Shown: positions 48,806 through 54,894 of the stretch, one piece after another
How the letters are laid out: every line of letters begins with the position of its first letter
Numbering within the stretch: position 1 is the first letter of the stretch
Assembly (NCBI GenBank): GCA_012513425.1
Contig: JAAZCF010000165.1
Coordinates: forward strand, 1-54,894
Length of the DNA stretch: 54,894 nt
Origin: Bacteroidales bacterium
Lineage (GTDB): Bacteria > Bacteroidota > Bacteroidia > Bacteroidales > UBA932
Direction of reading: 5' to 3'
Position numbers and translations under genes: made by a program
Notes under the pieces: model-generated
What the model was told of the DNA's origin: nothing
What the model saw: only the letters and a program-made list of their open reading frames with translations
Database searches by the model: none

Positions 48806-51421
48806 TTAAGCGTGGCCTCCGCCTTCATAATATATATCTTCAATAGCCCCACTTAAGCTTCCATAATCGAATTTCAAGTTTAAACCCCAATTTTGAATTT
48901 TAAAATTGAAGTACAGCCTTTCTGATATTATTTCATCCTCGTTACTGTTAGCTGATTGACCTAATAGATACACGTCTTGTCTTCGTGTAGCTTTAATCGT
49001 ATACGGGAAAGGTATTACGAGGTCTTCTCCACTTACAACATACTGAGTGATGTAGGGACTTCTATAAGAACCAAATGTTACATAAAAAGTAACCATGCCT
49101 CCTATATACTCTTCTAATATTAAATAAGTTAGCCCCGTTAGGACCTCTCCTTCTTTAACACTTATTTTATTCCCACCACCTAGTTCTCTATGGTAAAAAT
49201 CTACCTGGCAGGAATAGACTTTTTCCTCCTCATAATAGTTGATGGAAAGCGGTATAGTTTCAATATTCCGGTAAGTTGTAATTGTTGGTTCAGGTTCTTT
49301 TTCCACAAACCTCACACCGAAATATTGGTGTTTGGTGTTGTCTGGATTTGATACGACAACGATAAGAGCAGTTTGGCCACGATCATAGTAGTCACGAACA
49401 GGTAGCTTCATATCTCCATGGGTAGGATAATTGTAATCATACTCTTCGACGTAAACATTAGCATATACTTCTATAAATTTCAGTGTATAATCAGCATACT
49501 CTTCTTTTAACCTTAATATAAAGCCTTCATGTTGATAAAAATCTTCATACTCAATTACTGCCGTTGGTTCATAATATACGGATCGCAATTGAACACCAGA
49601 CAATTCTAAACAGTCAATGTCGCCGATGCGGAATTCGGAGAGCCAGTAATATTCCTTACCGACCATTTTAACAGTAATCCCGAACGCGGTCACAAATGAT
49701 TCCTCTGTTAATGGTCCATTAGACAATATGAAACCTACAGTTGTGACTTCACCCATTGGTAACTCGAGGTCCTTGCCCCAGTTAGGTGTCCATGCTTCTG
49801 TAGTCATCCTGCCATCTGCTGTGACTACAAACGCCGTAACCTGAAGCTTCTTACCAGCCTCATTAAATACGAGCGTTACACCACGTAGTACTTCTTCAGT
49901 CATTATCTCAACGGGCGCACTAATCACATGAGAATTATCTCTAATGTACTCAAGCGCCTCTGCATTAATTGACAGGTCACTCAGTATCAAGCAGTCTACA
50001 TTGCCTATCATGAATGTTTCTACAAAATCAGTGTAGGTACCTTCCATAGGTTCTACAAAGACCAACTCGAACACCTGGTGGTTATGGAACTTAGGATTGA
50101 ATGTTTCCAGAGGTGAATCGGTAACCATTATACTAATCTTCTCGCCGGCCTCTAGTGGAAATTTACGATTTTTCAATTCCTCATCGTCTATCGCATACAC
50201 TGTGCCTGCAATAGTAACATGGCAGTGTTCAGGTGGCACGTCCTCACGCGGCACTACCTCTAGTCCTGTAAATTGTTGTAAGTGGTCGAATGGGATAATC
50301 ACCGGTGTAGGTTCGCCACCATCTAAAACATCCTGGACCATTTCCTTCGTGAACTGAGTTATGTAGTCCACGTCACCTATTTTAATGGATGCTAGTTTTA
50401 GGAAAGAGGTCTCATCAATTATGACATCTTCTTCATGAGGCAACCACGCAGATGGTTCAGCGTCATATTCCATACCGCTAGGTAGATTTAGCTCTTCTAC
50501 CTTTATACCATCTATGTAGACCTCACCCTGCATCGTACCATCGCCCATGAAGCGTATTCCTATGGAGCTAGCATCCTTCAATATCTTATAAGGTAATACT
50601 TTAAACTTTCGGCGCCATTCATCTGTAAGACCTCCAGCGGTCCCGGATGCAAGTATACTCCTATCATCGCCAAATATTTCATACCTACCACCCTCGCCAC
50701 TAGCATACCAGCTGATAAGCATCCCATTTGAGCCTACTCCAATACGCCCAGTATACTGCATGAAGGTGTTAGCTGTTATACACAGACTATGCTCATCAGG
50801 AAAATTCCCATAGTTCAATGCGTATGCTTTTTCAGCTATAGTCATGTTACCTTCCCAATACGCCGGCACGCCATTTTCAAATATCTCGAAAGAGGAATTC
50901 CGTACGAGGTTGGCAGGTAGTTCATCTGATACAGCTCTCTTGACAAATAGATACTCCATACGTAGGTCCAATCTATCTACACGTATCTGTCCGGTACCAA
51001 CTAGACGGACGATGACGCGTGTAGGAACTACCTCGTCACCATAGTCCACATCAAACGCTTCATCCATGTATTGACACAGTGAACCCTTACCGGTTACAAA
51101 GAACATCTTCGTGTTACTAGTCCCATCACTGTTCTCAACTGTTACACTAACGGAGCCTAACGTCTTATTTAAATCACTATCAGTGATAGCACATATCCTA
51201 CCAAAGAACTCAATAGTTAATATCCTATGACTGATAGATTCACCTCCACCAACACTCTCCAAATCAACTACCTGGGTAGCAGTATCCCCATCATTAAGAA
51301 GTATACCCATCTCACTGGAGGTAGGCGAACCCTCTATAATCCAATTTGCAGTGTCCTCGAGGTTGGGACTCTTCAATAAGTTACCTGAATACCTGATTGT
51401 AGTCTCTTCAGTTACATTCAT
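48806..51421 (-). CDS. Large tail tip / receptor-binding protein
   Basis: 871 aa, downstream of the Tal-like gene. It holds three tandem modules of about 125 aa marked by IKIGDVDYI, MIGNVDCLIL and RIGDIDCLEL. Confidence 0.6.
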   Translation of the reverse strand: MNVTEETTIRYSGNLLKSPNLEDTANWIIEGSPTSSEMGILLNDGDTATQVVDLESVGGGESISHRILTIEFFGRICAITDSDLNKTLGSVSVTVENSDGTSNTKMFFVTGKGSLCQYMDEAFDVDYGDEVVPTRVIVRLVGTGQIRVDRLDLRMEYLFVKRAVSDELPANLVRNSSFEIFENGVPAYWEGNMTIAEKAYALNYGNFPDEHSLCITANTFMQYTGRIGVGSNGMLISWYASGEGGRYEIFGDDRSILASGTAGGLTDEWRRKFKVLPYKILKDASSIGIRFMGDGTMQGEVYIDGIKVEELNLPSGMEYDAEPSAWLPHEEDVIIDETSFLKLASIKIGDVDYITQFTKEMVQDVLDGGEPTPVIIPFDHLQQFTGLEVVPREDVPPEHCHVTIAGTVYAIDDEELKNRKFPLEAGEKISIMVTDSPLETFNPKFHNHQVFELVFVEPMEGTYTDFVETFMIGNVDCLILSDLSINAEALEYIRDNSHVISAPVEIMTEEVLRGVTLVFNEAGKKLQVTAFVVTADGRMTTEAWTPNWGKDLELPMGEVTTVGFILSNGPLTEESFVTAFGITVKMVGKEYYWLSEFRIGDIDCLELSGVQLRSVYYEPTAVIEYEDFYQHEGFILRLKEEYADYTLKFIEVYANVYVEEYDYNYPTHGDMKLPVRDYYDRGQTALIVVVSNPDNTKHQYFGVRFVEKEPEPTITTYRNIETIPLSINYYEEEKVYSCQVDFYHRELGGGNKISVKEGEVLTGLTYLILEEYIGGMVTFYVTFGSYRSPYITQYVVSGEDLVIPFPYTIKATRRQDVYLLGQSANSNEDEIISERLYFNFKIQNWGLNLKFDYGSLSGAIEDIYYEGGGHA

Positions 51422-51426
51422 TCACA

Positions 51427-52788
51427 TCACCCACCAGTTTGTGTACGACAGTCCATGTCAATACTAAGAGCACCGTCGTAGGAAATTTTATTACGTAGCA
51501 CAACTACACGTTTATTGACTATACCCTGTGATGCGGCGTTGATGTAGATAGCATCCATAACCTCAATAGCAAGGTTACCTCTACCTACAATATTAAAATC
51601 TGCATAGGGGTCAGAAACTAATTCTAATATACTATTGGCATGTTTTATAGCATCCTCAGCTGATTGTATGAATTTGTTATCCACCTCAAATAGCTTATTT
51701 CCCCAGCTGTCACGCGCCTGTTCATTGTATACTGTTTCGCTTAACTTATTCAATTGGTACCCAGAGCCTACTATGTCAAATGTAATCCTGCGCTCGCTGT
51801 CAGTTGTGTTCTTAAGTATTACATCACATGACCTGGCAGTTATGTTCTCTATACGAACATCTACACCACTCATGCCTTCACCATTAATCATGTGTATATT
51901 GTCAACAGGCTCTTTGTTAAACTCTATATTAGAAAGTGTTATCGTGTCGTGTGCATCTATAACAACATCAGATATAGTAGCAAGTACCACATTATTTACC
52001 CATTGTGGCTTATAATACGCAACACTAACACCCGTGTATAAGTCCTTTATTCGTTGTGGATTGGCTAGGTCATTGATTAAATCATAATCCCCGAATGTAT
52101 CTACAGGTTCAGAAGTTACATTATTCGACTTAACAACTATCTGGTCTAATCTGTTAACGTACACAGAACAGTTGCCCGCGGTAGCGAGCTCACTGACAAC
52201 ATCAATAAAGTCGCCTTTAGGAATCCATCCAACTCTAACCAGCCCATCCAATGATTCATCTACAATATACTGTGATTCAGTTAAACCGACAGCCTCGAAT
52301 AATCTCTTAAATATTTCTGCTATAGTAACATCGTACATAGTAGGGATGCTAGGTATAGGTTTAGAAGACAATTGTAGTATCTTATCATTACCTATCACTG
52401 TAGCTTCTATAGAACCATATGGAGCTACCCAGTCACCTGTTCTAAACGTACCCATAGGCACATACTCAACACCGTCAGATGTAACTACACCTAAGAACAC
52501 CTCAAATATTACGTTAGGCAATATCTTGCCATATAAAGGGCTCTGGTCATTCGTAGGTGTAAACTTATTATTGTCATTACGTAATACGAGCGTACATTCA
52601 TTAGATGTAACACGTCCTATGGGTGCTTTAGAGTCAGTCTGCGTCTCCTCCAGGATATCGATACTAACTATATCGTCATCTGTTAATTCCAAAGGGTCAA
52701 GACCAGGGAAGTGCATAACTACCCTGGCCCGTGTCTCTCGTACATCAGCATGCATTGCTTCCATAAATTGACTTGACACGGTTAACAT
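51427..52788 (-). CDS. Tail-associated (Tal-position) protein
   Basis: Start trimmed to MLTVSSQF (ATG 52788). About 453 aa, in the position after the Dit-like gene. Confidence 0.55.
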   Translation of the reverse strand: MLTVSSQFMEAMHADVRETRARVVMHFPGLDPLELTDDDIVSIDILEETQTDSKAPIGRVTSNECTLVLRNDNNKFTPTNDQSPLYGKILPNVIFEVFLGVVTSDGVEYVPMGTFRTGDWVAPYGSIEATVIGNDKILQLSSKPIPSIPTMYDVTIAEIFKRLFEAVGLTESQYIVDESLDGLVRVGWIPKGDFIDVVSELATAGNCSVYVNRLDQIVVKSNNVTSEPVDTFGDYDLINDLANPQRIKDLYTGVSVAYYKPQWVNNVVLATISDVVIDAHDTITLSNIEFNKEPVDNIHMINGEGMSGVDVRIENITARSCDVILKNTTDSERRITFDIVGSGYQLNKLSETVYNEQARDSWGNKLFEVDNKFIQSAEDAIKHANSILELVSDPYADFNIVGRGNLAIEVMDAIYINAASQGIVNKRVVVLRNKISYDGALSIDMDCRTQTGG

Positions 52789-52804
52789 AATGCAACACCC
52801 CTGC

Positions 52805-53161
52805 CTATTGTTCAATGAAGTTGAATGATACGTCAGTCCAGTACCATCCGTTATTACCACCGCCGCGGTGCAGCTTTCTACTAATCTCTCCTACATAGGC
52901 TATAAAACTACGCTCAATTCCATTCTCAGTATAGGACACATTAAAGAACATGTTATTACCATCAATAAGGCTCAATATTTGCTCAAGGTCTTTGCCACTA
53001 AGGACGTCATAGTCTAGGAATAGTTTTCTCTTTTTAGCTACAAGTTCCATGGTCATCTTACCATTGGCAAGACGACCAGACTTAGTTAGATTGTAGTGAG
53101 ACAGGGACGGGTTTTTAGGTTGCTTTATTTTGACACCGTTAACGCGTATATTCATTCCCAT
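52805..53161 (-). CDS. Tail component in the distal-tail-protein position
   Basis: 118-aa ORF whose start overlaps the tape measure stop. It is small for a Dit protein. Confidence 0.35.
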   Translation of the reverse strand: MGMNIRVNGVKIKQPKNPSLSHYNLTKSGRLANGKMTMELVAKKRKLFLDYDVLSGKDLEQILSLIDGNNMFFNVSYTENGIERSFIAYVGEISRKLHRGGGNNGWYWTDVSFNFIEQ

Positions 53162-54894
53162 TATCTAACACCCCTAGCGCTCTCATTCAATCTTATTACA
53201 TTCATTCTACGCTCAAGTTCACGCAGGCTTCGGTCATCAGCAATTAATGTTCCCACGTAAAGGATTTGTTGACCGCCGCCCCACTGTTGCGTACCAGGTT
53301 GAGGAGCTATCGATTCCTGCAAGTGCCGCGCCACTGCCTCGGCGAACGGCTGCATTGCTCCTGGATTTTCCAATGGGATAATTGCTTCTCGTCTGCCGCG
53401 TTCACCTACACGAACAATGGATTCTTCGTCTATAATACCGCCTTTTGCGAATCCAGCAATTTTACCAACCTCTATTACCTGTGTTGTGATACCACTACCA
53501 CTAGAAATAAAGGAAGGTATCTTAATGTTACCTAGAACTTCTCCAACCTTAGAAGGAATAGATTTAATGGCTTCCCAAATAGCTCCAGGTAACTTACCGA
53601 ATTCCTTGGCAATAGCTGAAACTACTGTAGGAATCTTGCTAGGTAACTCCCCAATTAAATCAGCAAAGGTTTTAGGAAGGTCTTTAATAGCATCCCAAAG
53701 CTTTCCTGGAATCTTACCTACCTCGGAACCGAAGTTGGTTACGAAGTCAACTACTGCTTTAATACCTCGGCTAACCCAGTCACCTATGATTTGTAGGGCT
53801 GTCTGAGTAGCTGTTGTGAAGGCTTTAATTAGTTCCGAAGACCATGTTAAAAAGCTAGCAACAGTCTCAGAGACCCAACCAGTAATAGATTTAGTAGTTC
53901 CACTTACCCAGCCAGCAATAGATGTGGCAGTACTAGAAATCCAATCTGCTACAACTTGAGCTGTATCTTTAGCCCAGCTAGATATTGCTGAGGCTACGTC
54001 GGATACCCAGGCTGTGAAGGAATTCCATGTATCAGAGACCCACGATGCAATCGCTTCTGAAGTATCTACAACCCATTGGCTTATCGTATCTATAGTGTCA
54101 GTAGCCCATTCTGCTAATGTGTTTCCTATGTCCGTAGCCCAGGTTACTACTGCATCCCAAACTCCCGACAGCCATGCCTTAATTTCGTCCCAGAATGGTG
54201 CCAGAAGTAATATAATCCCAGAGATAGCAGCAGCTATTGCAGCTCCTACAAGTGTTACAGCTCCGGCAGCCGCCTCGAATGGTAAGGCTACTACAGATAA
54301 CGCTCCGACAGCAACAGCAGCAAGTACTCCAATGATACCCATTAGAACCATCTGCCAGTGCTCACTTAGCCAAGCTCCGAAAGCAGAGAAGCCATTTTTG
54401 ACTCCAGTCCAAACAGTATCTATAACTGTACTCCAGCCTGTAATGAACCACTCGCCGAAGCTAGACATAGCGTCTCCTAATGCTTGGATAGCCGTACTCC
54501 ATCCAGTAACGAGCCACTCGCCAAGACTAGAGAGACTTTCACTAATAGTTGTACTTACAACAGCCCAGCCGACATCCCATATAAGCTCCAACGATTCTAC
54601 CATGTAAGCCAATTCTGCCAGCGCATCAGTTGCCCAGGCTCTTATTGGCGCAAGTACAGGTTCAAAAGCAGGTGAAGGAAGATCAATCATTGGCCATTCC
54701 CATTCTGGCCACTCCCATTCAGGCAGTGTAGGCCACTCCCACTCTGGTAACGGAATCGGGTCCCATGCAGGTATTGGAATAGGTTGCCATTCCCATTCAG
54801 GTAAAGGAATAGGTTGCCATTCCCATTCAGGTAAAGGAATAGGTTGCCATTCCCATTCAGGTAAAGGAATAGGTTGCCATTCCCATTCAGGTAA
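53161..54894 (-). CDS. Tail tape measure protein, C-terminal part
   Basis: The frame of tracked ORF 53161..54690 stays open upstream to the window end, reading (LPEWEWQPIP)x4...LPEWEWPEWEWPMIDLP. This is followed by a long WxxxxxW/TDxxxxW helical repeat region. Confidence 0.85.
   Translation of the reverse strand, partial: LPEWEWQPIPLPEWEWQPIPLPEWEWQPIPLPEWEWQPIPIPAWDPIPLPEWEWPTLPEWEWPEWEWPMIDLPSPAFEPVLAPIRAWATDALAELAYMVESLELIWDVGWAVVSTTISESLSSLGEWLVTGWSTAIQALGDAMSSFGEWFITGWSTVIDTVWTGVKNGFSAFGAWLSEHWQMVLMGIIGVLAAVAVGALSVVALPFEAAAGAVTLVGAAIAAAISGIILLLAPFWDEIKAWLSGVWDAVVTWATDIGNTLAEWATDTIDTISQWVVDTSEAIASWVSDTWNSFTAWVSDVASAISSWAKDTAQVVADWISSTATSIAGWVSGTTKSITGWVSETVASFLTWSSELIKAFTTATQTALQIIGDWVSRGIKAVVDFVTNFGSEVGKIPGKLWDAIKDLPKTFADLIGELPSKIPTVVSAIAKEFGKLPGAIWEAIKSIPSKVGEVLGNIKIPSFISSGSGITTQVIEVGKIAGFAKGGIIDEESIVRVGERGRREAIIPLENPGAMQPFAEAVARHLQESIAPQPGTQQWGGGQQILYVGTLIADDRSLRELERRMNVIRLNESARGVR
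54775..54894 (-). repeat. Four tandem 30-bp units (three perfect) encoding LPEWEWQPIP
   Basis: The unit aggaataggttgccattcccattcaggtaa lies at 54805, 54835 and 54865. The first copy, at 54775, has one mismatch. Confidence 0.95.

Noticed and set aside
54894-54894. Simple circular junction joining the last base of the window to base 1
   Set aside because: It shifts the tape measure frame and gives ACC TGA immediately. The in-frame joins are 54894->80 or 54725->1, so bases 1..79 are a redundancy, not extra sequence.
1-54894. Lysogeny module, tRNAs, or a plasmid-type partition system
   Set aside because: I recognised no integrase, recombinase, CI/Cro-like pair, ParA/ParB, or tRNA-like cloverleaf (no GTTCGAATC-type T arm seen in the non-coding DNA) by eye. 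This is absence of evidence only. A tRNAscan and HMM search would be decisive.

Overview
The window is essentially one complete dsDNA phage genome, about 54.7-54.8 kb once a short end redundancy is removed. It looks like a siphovirus-type, apparently virulent phage: I found no integrase, CI-like repressor, tRNA or CRISPR array. The host is probably a Gram-positive, endospore-forming, S-layer-bearing Bacillales-like bacterium. Supporting this are AAGGAGG-type RBSs, an amidase endolysin with an SLH domain, a YyaC-like gene, a 3D-domain gene and a sigma factor gene.

The window is cut inside the tape measure gene. Bases 1..79 are identical to 54726..54804, and the minus-strand frame runs across the ends.

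Almost all genes are on the minus strand.
- The late block runs 11787->1 and then 54894->45215. It holds small terminase, HNH, large terminase, portal, XkdF-like protease, scaffold, decoration, capsid, neck, major tail, a G/GT chaperone with an A_AAA_AAC slip site, tape measure, tail tip and fibre genes, and three holin-like genes.
- The replication and nucleotide-metabolism block runs 44909->18075. It holds SNF2 helicase, VRR-NUC, sigma factor, ATP ligase, RNase H, primase-helicase, YqaJ exonuclease, Pol A, dCMP deaminase, a Tmk-like kinase, two dimeric-dUTPase-like proteins, a ThyA homologue, an HD/OB nuclease and the endolysin.
- A plus-strand block (about 11.8-18.1 kb) has only about 7 small genes embedded in more than 3 kb of repeat-rich, hairpin-rich non-coding DNA.

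Most notable observations:
1. The ThyA homologue has Asp at the pyrimidine-specificity Asn177 position, which predicts a dCMP-modifying enzyme and possibly modified cytosine in the DNA.
2. A conserved regulatory cassette of about 110 bp occurs three times, and its orientation tracks the direction of the downstream genes.
3. An imperfect palindrome of about 660 bp with an AT-rich iteron core lies at 16.3-17.0 kb and is an origin candidate.
4. Several dispersed repeat families and a GC-rich structured RNA candidate lie in the plus-strand block.
5. A Trp-rich (WEWP-type) tandem repeat array in the tape measure protein is what breaks the assembly.

Functional calls come from motif recognition by eye and from gene order. 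No database search was run.
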